Position numbers and translations under genes: made by a program. A DNA stretch of 64,000 nt from positions 166,793-230,792 of the forward strand of contig JAGNLM010000003.1 of assembly GCA_017999615.1 (NCBI GenBank), given 5' to 3'. The notes under the pieces are model-generated. The model was not told the origin of the DNA, searched no databases, and worked only from the letters and a program-made list of their open reading frames with translations. Source of the DNA: Gammaproteobacteria bacterium (GTDB lineage: Bacteria; Pseudomonadota; Gammaproteobacteria; JAABTG01). Each line of letters starts with the position of its first letter. Position 1 is the stretch's first letter. Of this stretch, positions 1 through 10,194 are shown in pieces.

Positions 1-200
1 AGCGTCTGGGCCAAGTCCTTCGTGTAGCCATCGCGCACAGCTGACGTACCCTGCAGGATCATTCCGAGGATGAGAGCGATAATGACGAGGACTACTACGA
101 CTTCAAAGAGGGTGAAGCCGGTGATTCTTCTTGGGTTCTCCTTGGGTATACCCGAACATAGGTCGCGCGTAAGGCGGGTGCCGCTCAACGCAAGCCTCAC
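1..200 (-). CDS. Prepilin-type N-terminal domain protein, partial (3' end runs off the window; start uncertain)
   Basis: Reverse-strand translation gives ...ENPRRITG|FTLFEVVVVLVIIALILGMILQGTSAVRDGYTKDLAQT. This is the class III signal-peptide motif G/FTLxE followed by a hydrophobic helix. It lies directly downstream of the 254..1324 pilin-like gene on the same strand. The only in-frame canonical starts (GTG 200, TTG 188, ATG 251) give unusually long leaders. Confidence 0.6.
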   Translation of the reverse strand, partial: MRLALSGTRLTRDLCSGIPKENPRRITGFTLFEVVVVLVIIALILGMILQGTSAVRDGYTKDLAQT

Positions 201-253
201 CTCCAAAAGGGAGAACAGTTGATTCCCATGGCTCAAACCGTGGTTGTGCATAA

Positions 254-1324
254 CTATGGGCAAACGCCTGGTACTCGAAAGAGCAGGCTCGCTTCCGAGC
301 GTGTGCGCATAAAGTTGTCAGCAGTTGTCGCGAGGTTTCCGTCAGGGCCGCGAGATGTGAGAGTGTATTTGGGAGTCTCAAATGGTGCGGTGTGGGACAC
401 GGTGGTTGTCCCGTCTATATAAATCTGAATGGCGTTTCCCCAAGGGTCATTGACGCCCGTACTGGTCGGCACCTCACAGTTGGTGAGGACTTGGGCGAGC
501 ACGGTCGCTTCCGCATCATCGAACCGCTGTTGCATTTCCGCTTGAACGGAAGGCAAGGCGCCCGAGAGAATCAGAGGCCCCAAGAGCTGAGCGTTCGTGA
601 AACCGCTGACCACATCATCGAAGGGTCCACTGCCACCGACCTTTTCGGAGTAATCACGCTGGACGTACGTGGGATCCACATCGGTGTTCTCCCTCTCATC
701 GGGTGATGAGCCAGCGTCGGGCAAGGAATTCTGGACGCCCTTCACCGTATACGCACCCAGTCCGTTCTTGCCGTGGGATACGACCACCACGACGAGTTGG
801 TTGGCGATTGGGGTGACGGCGGTAGCGTCCGGTTTTAGCACGAGGCTACCGGTGCTTGCCGGTCGCACCGCTGGCTGGGATGGAGTCCCGCGTGTCGTCC
901 AGGAATTCAGGGGGTCGGTACCACTATTATCAGAGACGTGATACGTGAAGTAATTACCCCACCCGTCCAGCGCATCGTCTCTGCTGAGACCGAGGTCTCT
1001 GTACGGGAGTATCCCGACGTACGCCGCACAGTTGGTAGTGGGGTCGTTCGCAGTGGTGCGGTTGTCTTCCCCACTGCCGTCAGGCAAGTGGGACTCGTCA
1101 AACGGAGGGCCAAAGTCTCGGTCGGGGCAAGGAAGGTACATGTGCCGCCCCAGGTGATCGATGAGGGCATTCTTGATGGTTTCGATCTTTGCCCTTGTCT
1201 TGGCGTAGCCGCCAGTCGTCATCTGTGCGTTGAATGCAGCAAGTCCCAGGGTGAGCATCGTGCCGATAATCACCAGTACGACGGCGAGTTCGACCAGGGT
1301 GAAGCCGGATTCAGTTCTCTTCAT
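254..1324 (-). CDS. Large pilin-like protein (prepilin N-terminal methylation motif), LPCPD-family paralogue P1
   Basis: ATG at 1324 gives MKRTESG|FTLVELAVVLVIIG (short basic leader, Gly-Phe, Glu5). About 356 aa, far larger than a structural pilin. Contains YLPCPDRDF, VVVVVSHGKNGLG, ENTDVDPTYVQRD and GPFDDVV, all shared with the 4193..6013 and 6010..6867 products. Confidence 0.8.
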   Translation of the reverse strand: MKRTESGFTLVELAVVLVIIGTMLTLGLAAFNAQMTTGGYAKTRAKIETIKNALIDHLGRHMYLPCPDRDFGPPFDESHLPDGSGEDNRTTANDPTTNCAAYVGILPYRDLGLSRDDALDGWGNYFTYHVSDNSGTDPLNSWTTRGTPSQPAVRPASTGSLVLKPDATAVTPIANQLVVVVVSHGKNGLGAYTVKGVQNSLPDAGSSPDERENTDVDPTYVQRDYSEKVGGSGPFDDVVSGFTNAQLLGPLILSGALPSVQAEMQQRFDDAEATVLAQVLTNCEVPTSTGVNDPWGNAIQIYIDGTTTVSHTAPFETPKYTLTSRGPDGNLATTADNFMRTRSEASLLFRVPGVCP

Positions 1325-1644
1325 GGCAGAGCCAAGTACCGTGCGGCAGTGAGCGCACCATAGGGTATCGGCCAAGGGCGAGGTCCTCTTAGGCCGAACA
1401 CCGGAGTGTGGAGGGATAGGATATCACCGCCAGCAGGGGACGACCGGGGGACGGGCTCAGGGAGAGGGAGAGTCTGGAAAGCCCTGATGCGGACGAGGAG
1501 CGCAGGGTAAGGAAGGCTCCCAGAGGGTAGGCGGGGCCCCCGTTGGCGCCGTCCTCTAAAGCAGGTACGCGTGGGGCAGAGCAGGCCTGGCGACGGGCGG
1601 AAGGCAGCGCCCCAGCCAGTGCTCAAAGACAGCGTCCTTGCCGC

Positions 1645-2316
1645 CTACTGCCTCCGGCGGCCGCGTGCGAGATGGAGGCTGGCCAACGCAGATGCGAGGA
1701 AAAGCAAACTGGCAGGCAACGGCACTTCGGCGATGCGGACGTTGTCCATCGTGAAGCCTTCGAGGACGGCCTCCGTCTTCGCATCGGCGAGGCCAAAGGT
1801 GACCCGACTGAAAGGCGTCGAATCGACAAAGCCGAGGAAGCCATCCCCGGTAAAGCCGGGTATCTGGTCGAGACGGATTACCGAGGTGCCCACTTGTATG
1901 GTCAGGACGTCTTGCTCCGACGTCCCGGACCAGTCGGCAGCGAAGGCGACTACCGGCGCAGTCGTCTTGAAGTCGACGTAGAGTTGTTTAGGGCCACAAC
2001 CGGTGGCTGGGAGCGATGAATCGCAGACTCTACCCTGGAACACGAGGCCGCTGTCACCGGCCTTGAGGATCCGGACGGCTTCCTGGTCATTGCTGTCCAA
2101 CCAGATGCTCAGAATGCCTTTGGGCTGGATCACCGTGGTATTGGGAGAGAGGGAGCCCGCGGGCGCCTGGTCAAACGTCTCGAGCTCAACCGCCAGTCCG
2201 CCTACTGCTATTTCCCACTGGCTGGCGGCGGTGTACGCGGTGAGTGCCAAAGCGGAAGGGGCGAGCAGCGTCGCCGCTAAAGCCAGAAGGGCAGAGCGCC
2301 CCTTCTTGAGATACAT
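1645..2316 (-). CDS. Exported protein with C-terminal VPLPA/PEP-CTERM-type sorting signal
   Basis: N-terminal signal peptide MYLKKGRSALLALAATLLAPSALA. The C-terminus reads EVPLPASLLFLASALASLHLARGRRRQ, which is motif, then TM helix, then basic tail. The body ends in the FGxxD...EGFxMDNV pattern common in PEP-CTERM cargo. Confidence 0.75.
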   Translation of the reverse strand: MYLKKGRSALLALAATLLAPSALALTAYTAASQWEIAVGGLAVELETFDQAPAGSLSPNTTVIQPKGILSIWLDSNDQEAVRILKAGDSGLVFQGRVCDSSLPATGCGPKQLYVDFKTTAPVVAFAADWSGTSEQDVLTIQVGTSVIRLDQIPGFTGDGFLGFVDSTPFSRVTFGLADAKTEAVLEGFTMDNVRIAEVPLPASLLFLASALASLHLARGRRRQ

Positions 2317-2807
2317 GACAGTCCCTCCCCCGGCGCGACCCTGCGGACTGGGGACAGGGCGCGCCGCCGTTTTTGTTACCCGCAGAACTCAGGGCTGTAT
2401 TTCATGCCCGGGCGGGCGGAGGACCGCCGCACGCGCACCGTCCCCCAGGGAGGTCCGCGTCGACCCAGGCTTTGTCCCCTCCACAGGCAAGAGCGGGACC
2501 AGATCCAAATGACCCAGGTAGTTCAGGCCATTATGCCGGGGTCATGAGGTCGGACGCGAGGGCGTTGTAAAGGTCCACGACAGCCGCGGCGGGGTCTGCC
2601 ATCTTGCCTGAAGTCTCTGGAATCCTCGCAACCATCTGTTGTTCATATGAACTCTCTGTGGGCGGTGTGGCCGGGGCTGAGAGACCCCCGTGTCAAAACC
2701 GCCGACACGCCTGGGTGTCAAGCGACCCCAGTGGCCCGCGGAAAGGGCTTGCGGCCCCCGGCGGGGAGGACTCTACTTTTGGAACCCTTTCTGCGGAGCG
2801 CATTCCC

Positions 2808-3422
2808 GTGAGACAGCCAGCCAGCCCGACCCTACCCCTCGCCCTCTGCCTCCTGCTCTGCGCGAGCCCGGCGGGGGCCGATGACGTCACCGACCCGATC
2901 GACTCGGCCCGGAGCGCGTACAGCCAGGGGGAGTTGCGTCAGGCGGTGCAGGGTCTCCAGGACGCCATCGTGCGCATCCAGGAGAAACTCCAGGGGAACT
3001 ACGGCGCGCTGATGCCCGAGCCGCTGGCGGGCTGGAGGGCCGAGGCAGCCGAGTCCCAGACCCTCGGCATGGCGATGCTGGGGGGCGGCACCCAGGTGTC
3101 GCGCCGCTACCTCAAGGAGGACACGGGGGAGTCGGTGAACGTGCAGATCATGGCTGACTCTCCGTTCCTGCCCATGATGGCGATGGTGCTCTCGAACCCC
3201 ATGATGATTCAGTCCGACCCGAGCACCAAGCTGTACCGCCAGGGGGCGTACCGCGGGACCATCAAGCACGAGGCCGGCAGCGACCAGTGGGAGATCAGTC
3301 TGCTGGTCGCGAATCGGATCCTCGTGCAGGTCGAAGGCCAGGGCCTGAAGGGCCCAGAGCCGGTCGAGAGCTACCTGAAGGCGATCGACCTGCAGGCCGT
3401 GGAGAAGGCCTTCGCCTCGTAA
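2808..3422 (+). CDS. Hypothetical exported protein
   Basis: GTG at 2808 gives VRQPASPTLPLALCLLLCASPAGA (signal-peptide-like), followed by a non-repetitive, normal-composition 180-aa body. I do not recognise a family. The longer TTG-2604 start would add a non-protein-like extension. Confidence 0.5.
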   Translation: MRQPASPTLPLALCLLLCASPAGADDVTDPIDSARSAYSQGELRQAVQGLQDAIVRIQEKLQGNYGALMPEPLAGWRAEAAESQTLGMAMLGGGTQVSRRYLKEDTGESVNVQIMADSPFLPMMAMVLSNPMMIQSDPSTKLYRQGAYRGTIKHEAGSDQWEISLLVANRILVQVEGQGLKGPEPVESYLKAIDLQAVEKAFAS

Positions 3423-3484
3423 CCCGAGCGGACCCGGAACCACGGCACACCGAGCCGCACACCGACGGGGAGCCACGAAACGCC

Positions 3485-3952
3485 ATGGAACACCTGCGCG
3501 TCCCATCGAAGGTCCGGATCATGACCGCCGTTCTTCACGCCGTTTTCGCCGTCCTGTTCCTCGGGCTGGCGCCGCAGGCGCTCGAAGCGGAGGAGCTCCC
3601 GAGCTTCCGCCGCGGCCTGTGGGAGTTCCAGCGCACCATGGACATGGGCGGCGGCGAGAAGACCCTCTCCTCCCGCCGCTGCACCGAGCCGGGGGAGGAC
3701 ATGCGGCGGCAGAACGGGACGTTCGCGAAGGCCGGCTGCAAGGTTTCGCCGGTCGATCGCAGGGGCAGCGTCTATAGCTTCGTCGCCGACTGCAGGGGGG
3801 CCGGTATGGGCAACGTGGTCTCCCAGAGCGTGATTACGGTGGAGAGCGACACCGCCTACACGGTCGAGGTCGAGGCCTCGGGGGACGTGGGCCCTGGCGG
3901 CGGGAAGCGCAAGGAGACGCTCAAGGCGCGGCGCGTCGGCGATTGCCCCTGA
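3485..3952 (+). CDS. DUF3617-like exported protein
   Basis: Hydrophobic N-terminus (MTAVLHAVFAVLFLGLAPQALEA). Then GLWEF...C-T-E...C...C...RRVGDC, the Cys spacing and GLWE/RxGDC ends typical of DUF3617. Start ATG 3485 or 3521. Confidence 0.55.
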   Translation: MEHLRVPSKVRIMTAVLHAVFAVLFLGLAPQALEAEELPSFRRGLWEFQRTMDMGGGEKTLSSRRCTEPGEDMRRQNGTFAKAGCKVSPVDRRGSVYSFVADCRGAGMGNVVSQSVITVESDTAYTVEVEASGDVGPGGGKRKETLKARRVGDCP

Positions 3953-4090
3953 CGGTGAGCCGGGGGACCTGCGCCGTCGCGAATCTCCCGGGATTGCGTC
4001 GAAGTCTTCCCACGGACCGCCCGTTCCTGCGGGCGTAGCGTTCGTTTCAGGGGCTGCCACCGACCGCGGGGACTGCGACTCCGGCGGTGA

Positions 4091-4157
4091 GTGACCGGTC
4101 ACGCACGAGCTGACGGCTCAGGTACGAACTGACGGCTCAGGCACGAGCTGAGCGCTC
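4091..4157 (+). promoter_or_regulatory. 12-nt perfect palindrome plus three 19-nt-period direct repeats upstream of the 4193 gene
   Basis: GTGACCGGTCAC at 4091-4102. ACGAGCTGACGGCTCAGG at 4105-4122, ACGAACTGACGGCTCAGG at 4124-4141 and ACGAGCTGAGCGCTC at 4143-4157. The block ends about 35 nt before the start codon. Confidence 0.3.
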
Positions 4158-4192
4158 GCGGCGAGCCCCCCTCACCGACGGATGGGGTGCCC

Positions 4193-6009
<1,817 letters not shown>

Positions 6010-6013
<4 letters not shown>

Positions 6014-6867
6014 CGCAGGGCCAGCACCTCCGGGAAGAAGGCTTCTCACTCATCGAGATGGCCGTCGTCGTGGTGATCATGAGCCTCCTCCTCGGGGGGC
6101 TCCTGGGACCGCTTGCGGCCCAGCAGGACGCCCAGAAGACTGCGGAGACCCGGCGTCTGCTCGAGGAGGTGCGGGAGGGCCTGCTCGGGTTCGCGGCGGT
6201 GCAAGGACGTCTGCCGTGCCCGGACCGCCTGGCGGACGGCGACGGTCTGGAGGACCCGCGGGAGGACGGCGCCGACCCGCCCGAGGACGGTTGCGGGGGA
6301 GGGGAGTACGGGGGGTGGGTGCCCTGGGTGACCCTCGGCGTCAGCCCGCGCGACGCCTGGGGCCGGCGGCTGCGCTACCGGGTGACGCGCGAGCTCACCC
6401 GCCGCGTGGGCGACCCGTCGGCGGCCGCCTGTGTGGCGGCCCCCCCTGGGGGAGCCGGCTCCGCTACCGCCTCCGCTTCCTCTTCTGTTGCGGCCTCTCA
6501 CAACCCCTGTACGCTGGAGCTGGGCGACCCCGGTGACATCACGGTCCAGGGGCGGGACCTCGCGACCCGCGCCGAGCGCCTGGTGGCCCGGGAGCTGGCC
6601 GCCGTGGTCCTGTCGCTGGGACCCAATGGCCTCGGAGGGGTCGACGTTGCCGGCGCGCCTCTGCCCCCGCCCGCCGCAGGCGCGGAGGACGAGCTCCGCA
6701 ACCTGGACCTCGACGCCACCTTCGTCGCCCGGGACCGCTCACCCACCGCCTCGGGATGCCGGGACAGCACTGCCGCGGCACCGCCCTGCGAGTTCGACGA
6801 CCTGCTGCTCTGGGTGTCGCCCCACATCCTCTACAACCGCCTGGTGAGCGCCGGGCGGTTGCCTTGA
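6010..6867 (+). CDS. Large pilin-like protein (prepilin N-terminal motif), LPCPD-family paralogue P3
   Basis: GTG 6010 overlaps the P2 stop. VTQGQHLREEG|FSLIEMAVVVVIMSLLLGG. Also RLPCPDRLADGDG, AVVLSLGPNGLGG, RNLDLDATFVARD and CEFDDLLLW. Confidence 0.8.
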
Positions 6868-6894
6868 CCTTGCTCCTCGTCTGAAGGCCACTTG

Positions 6895-6924
6895 CCGAAG
6901 TCCCGTTTTGGGACTACCCTTCGG
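6895..6924 (+). promoter_or_regulatory. Imperfect hairpin/palindrome immediately upstream of higB (candidate operator, or terminator of the preceding gene)
   Basis: CCGAAG (6895-6900) pairs with CTTCGG (6919-6924). It encloses AGTCCC-GTTTT-GGGACT (6899-6915). The higB ATG is at 6928. Confidence 0.3.
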
Positions 6925-6927
6925 TCC

Positions 6928-7230
6928 ATGCGAGTGATTGCCGTGTCTGCCCTTCGGGCCTTCTGGGAGCGTTATCCCGATGCCGAGCAGCCGCTGAGGG
7001 CTTGGTATGAGGAAGCCACGATTGCGACCTGGACCCAGCCCGCGGACATCAAGGCGCAGTACCGCAGCGCCGGCGTGCTGAAGAACCGTCGCGTGGTCTT
7101 CAACATCAAAGGCAATCACTACCGGCTGGTTGTGGCTGTTGCGTACAAATTGCAGATCGTCTACGTGAAGTTTATCGGCACTCACAAGGAGTACGACGCA
7201 GTGGACGCAGAAACCGTTGAAATGGCCTGA
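6928..7230 (+). CDS. higB: Type II toxin HigB (RelE-superfamily mRNA interferase)
   Basis: MRVIAVSALRAFWERYPDAEQPL...FNIKGNHYRLVVAVAYKLQIVYVKFIGTHKEYD matches the E. coli K-12 HigB-type pattern (N-terminal xxKALxxFxxKYP, C-terminal THKEYD). It sits upstream of an HTH antitoxin. Confidence 0.85.
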   Translation: MRVIAVSALRAFWERYPDAEQPLRAWYEEATIATWTQPADIKAQYRSAGVLKNRRVVFNIKGNHYRLVVAVAYKLQIVYVKFIGTHKEYDAVDAETVEMA

Positions 7231-7248
7231 CCGGCCACGGAGGAAAAC

Positions 7249-7620
7249 ATGGACATTCGCCCTATCCACACCGAGGCAGACTACAAGGCCACTCTCAAAG
7301 AGATTTCGGCGTTAATGGATTCCGACCCTGATCTGGGTACGCCGGAGGGTGATCGTCTGGACATCCTGGCCACGCTGGTGCAGGCCTACGAGGCCAAGCA
7401 TGCCCCTGTGACTGCGCCTGACCCGGTGGAAGCCATCAAATTCCGGATGGACCAAAGCGGTCTGTCCATCAAGGATCTTGAGCCTATCATTGGCAAAAGC
7501 AACCGCGTCTACGAAGTCCTGAACCGCAAGCGTCCGCTGACGCTGGCTATGATCCGCAGACTGCATCAGAGCCTGGGCATCCCGGCCGATGTGCTGATTG
7601 CGGAGACTGTTACCGGGTAA
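7249..7620 (+). CDS. higA: Type II antitoxin HigA (HTH, XRE-like C-terminal domain)
   Basis: Has the architecture of E. coli HigA: an N-terminal helical part, then IKFRMDQSGLSIKDLEPIIGKSNRVYEVLNRKRPLTLAMIRRLHQSLGIPADVL. Starts 19 nt after higB. Confidence 0.85.
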   Translation: MDIRPIHTEADYKATLKEISALMDSDPDLGTPEGDRLDILATLVQAYEAKHAPVTAPDPVEAIKFRMDQSGLSIKDLEPIIGKSNRVYEVLNRKRPLTLAMIRRLHQSLGIPADVLIAETVTG

Positions 7621-7632
7621 TCAGCCTGTCGC

Positions 7633-9312
7633 TCACCCCCCGCTCAGCTCGAAACACACCGCGCCCGGCTCGTTGCGGCTGAGCGTGAGGCGATAGCCGA
7701 GGCCCTCGGCCTGGCGGGCGGCCTGGAAGAGGCCGATGCCGAGGCCGGTCTTCGAGTCGACCGGCTCCCGGAAGAGCGAAGCGGCGATGGCCGGGGGCAC
7801 GGGCGTGCCGGTGTCGCACACGGTGAGGCGCAGCTTCTCGCCGTCGTCCACGAGTGTCACCTGCACCCCGATGCGGGGCTGGGCCTGGCGCTTGACCCGG
7901 GCGTTCTCGATCAGGTTCTCGGTGACGCTGTCGAGGAAGTCGACCGACAGGTCCCGGTCGACCGCGACGTTCCCCGTGAAGCCAATACCGTCGGCGGCGT
8001 GCCGGTCGGCCAGCTCGCGCCACCAGGCCCGCAGGCTGCCGAGCTCGACCCCGCTCGAGGTGTCCCCCGGGGACTTGAGCTTGTCGAGGGCCAGCTGCAG
8101 GCGATGGGTCAGGTGCGGCAACTGCCGGCGCACCAGGGCGTGCGCCTCCTCGGCGCGCCGCGGGTCGGTCTCCTGGAGCACCGTGCCCATCGTGTAGAGC
8201 GACTGCAGGAGGTTCTTGATGTCGTGGGTGACGCGGGCGCCGGTCTCGTGGATCGCCTGCAGGTGGGCCTGGCGGGCGAGCGTGCGCTGGGCGCGCTTGG
8301 CGGCGTAGAAGAAACCGATGACCTGGCTGAGGAGCTTCGCGTGCAGGAGGAGTGCGGTGCCCGGGGAGCGCCGGGTGTAGAGCGTCACGCTCAGCTCCTC
8401 GCCCGGGATGGGGTTGGCGTAGCGCGTCTCGCGCCCCGCACGGCCCTCCCCGGCCGGGCTCGTCCACGCGCAGCCCTCGACCCAGGGGAGGTTCGCGAGC
8501 TGGCTCATCGCCGCCTCGAGGAAGGGCTCGGGCTCCGTGTGCTGGCGGGCGGCGCGCGCGAGGCCGGCGAGCCACTGCTCGAAGGGCGACCCCACGTTCA
8601 GCAGGTAGCGGGTCCAGAGCTGCCCGAGGCCGCTGAACCCCGGACCCGGGGTCAAAAGCCAGCTCATGGCGAAGAGGAAGGCAGCGATGCCGACGAGGGT
8701 CTGCAGCACCGCGACGGGGTACGACTCGCCCGTCCGGTACATGACCAGGAGCGCGCCGAGGGCGAGCACCGCGGTCAACGTGGCGGCGGTCAGGGCGTGG
8801 AAGAGGTCGACCGGCTGCTCGGCGGGGCGCTTCGGGACCGGGATCATCAGGAGCAGCACGGGCGTGAGCAGGAGCCCCACGTAGAACAGGCGCTCCACGT
8901 CCCCGGGCAGGGGCACCGAGAAGGCCTGGCTCGTCGTGCCGATGACGAGCTCGCCCACCAGCACGAAGAGCGTCACGCCGTAGGCGAGCCGCTCGCGCCG
9001 GTCGACGAAGACCCGCCCGCCGATGAGCCCGATCAGCACCAGGAGCCACAGGAAGACGAGCCAGCCGCTCATCCAGGCGACGAACGCGAAGGCGAAGACG
9101 ATGAAGGCTGCCGCGGTCTTCGGGTCGAGCCGCTCGTCGCTCCTCCAGATCGGCTGCCAGAGCAGGAACAGCCCCAGGTGCGCCAGCATCAGGGAGCGAG
9201 AGACCGCGCTGCCGAAGCCGCCCCAGATGGCCCCGTGCAGCGGCGGCAGCATGGCGGCGAGGAGCCAGTGCTCGTCGAGCCGTGCGAGTCGTACGAAGGT
9301 CATTTCGATCAA
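7633..9312 (-). CDS. Sensor histidine kinase with polytopic membrane N-terminal domain (orphan; no response regulator adjacent)
   Basis: About 240 aa of repeated hydrophobic segments. H-box ARVTHDIKNLLQSL, N-box ENLIENARVK, G-box TGLGIGLFQAARQAEGLG. Confidence 0.85.
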   Translation of the reverse strand: MIEMTFVRLARLDEHWLLAAMLPPLHGAIWGGFGSAVSRSLMLAHLGLFLLWQPIWRSDERLDPKTAAAFIVFAFAFVAWMSGWLVFLWLLVLIGLIGGRVFVDRRERLAYGVTLFVLVGELVIGTTSQAFSVPLPGDVERLFYVGLLLTPVLLLMIPVPKRPAEQPVDLFHALTAATLTAVLALGALLVMYRTGESYPVAVLQTLVGIAAFLFAMSWLLTPGPGFSGLGQLWTRYLLNVGSPFEQWLAGLARAARQHTEPEPFLEAAMSQLANLPWVEGCAWTSPAGEGRAGRETRYANPIPGEELSVTLYTRRSPGTALLLHAKLLSQVIGFFYAAKRAQRTLARQAHLQAIHETGARVTHDIKNLLQSLYTMGTVLQETDPRRAEEAHALVRRQLPHLTHRLQLALDKLKSPGDTSSGVELGSLRAWWRELADRHAADGIGFTGNVAVDRDLSVDFLDSVTENLIENARVKRQAQPRIGVQVTLVDDGEKLRLTVCDTGTPVPPAIAASLFREPVDSKTGLGIGLFQAARQAEGLGYRLTLSRNEPGAVCFELSGG

Positions 9313-9415
9313 TGGCCTCGGGACAGTGACACCAGAAGTCAGCGACTTCGGGGGGCGGTGCTATAGTAGCCCGAGCACCACCAGAAGCGCCCCTCGCACG
9401 CGAGGCAAGCCCCCC

Positions 9416-10192
9416 GTGACCGCCGCCCGACAGGTCCGCGCCATCGCCGGCCTGACCCTCCTGGAAGCCCTGCGCGGCCGCCTGCTCTGGCTCGTGGTCC
9501 TGATCCTGCTGGCCGGCCTCGGGCTGGCCGAGCTCCTCGGCTCCCTCGCCATCACCGAGACGCGCCAGACCCAGGCCGCGCTCCTGGGGGCGGTGCTGCG
9601 ACTTGCGGCGGTGCTGGTGACGAGCCTCTTCGTCATCACGAGCGTGGTGCGCGAGCAGAACGACAAGGTGCTCGAGCTCTACCTCTCGCTGCCCCTCCCG
9701 CGGGCGGCGTACCACCTCGGCAAGCTCGCGGGCTTCGCCGCCTGCGCGGGGGTGGCGGCGGCGCTCCTCGGCGCGCTGCTCCTGCTCTACGCCCCCCCGC
9801 AGCAGGTGCTGCTGTGGACCCTCTCGCTCTTCGCCGAGCTGCTCGTCGTGGTCGCGGCGAGCCTGCTCGCGTTGTACACGTTCAGCCAGGTGACGGTGGC
9901 GCTCTCGGTGGTGCTCGCCTTCTATTTCCTCGCGCGCGGCATCGGCGCGATCCAGCTGATGAGCCAGGGGCCGCTGGTGGACCCGGGGGCGCTCTCGAGC
10001 CGCGTCATCGGCGGGCTGGTGGACGGCATCGCCTTCCTGCTGCCGGACCTCTACCGGTTCACGCCGAGCGAGTGGCTCGCCTACGGCACGGGAAGCGTGG
10101 AGGCCCTGGTCCCCGTGCTGGCCCAGACCGCGGTCTACGTGACGCTCCTCACGGGGGCGGCGCTCTTCGATCTCTACCGGAAGAATTTCTGA
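9416..10192 (+). CDS. ABC-2-type transporter permease-like integral membrane protein
   Basis: GTG 9416. About 6 hydrophobic segments. The N-terminal AGLTLLEALRGRLLW pattern is typical of ABC-2/NosY-like permeases. No ATPase gene is adjacent. Confidence 0.55.
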   Translation: MTAARQVRAIAGLTLLEALRGRLLWLVVLILLAGLGLAELLGSLAITETRQTQAALLGAVLRLAAVLVTSLFVITSVVREQNDKVLELYLSLPLPRAAYHLGKLAGFAACAGVAAALLGALLLLYAPPQQVLLWTLSLFAELLVVVAASLLALYTFSQVTVALSVVLAFYFLARGIGAIQLMSQGPLVDPGALSSRVIGGLVDGIAFLLPDLYRFTPSEWLAYGTGSVEALVPVLAQTAVYVTLLTGAALFDLYRKNF

Positions 10193-10194
10193 CC

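Noticed and set aside
1345-1360. A sigma-54-like GG-N10-GC motif (bottom strand TGGTGCgctcaCTGCC) upstream of P1.
   Set aside because: It lies only about 20 nt from the P1 ATG, leaving a leader of about 10 nt with no Shine-Dalgarno. The match to TGGCAC-N5-TTGCW is mediocre, and such GG/GC spacing is frequent in GC-rich DNA.
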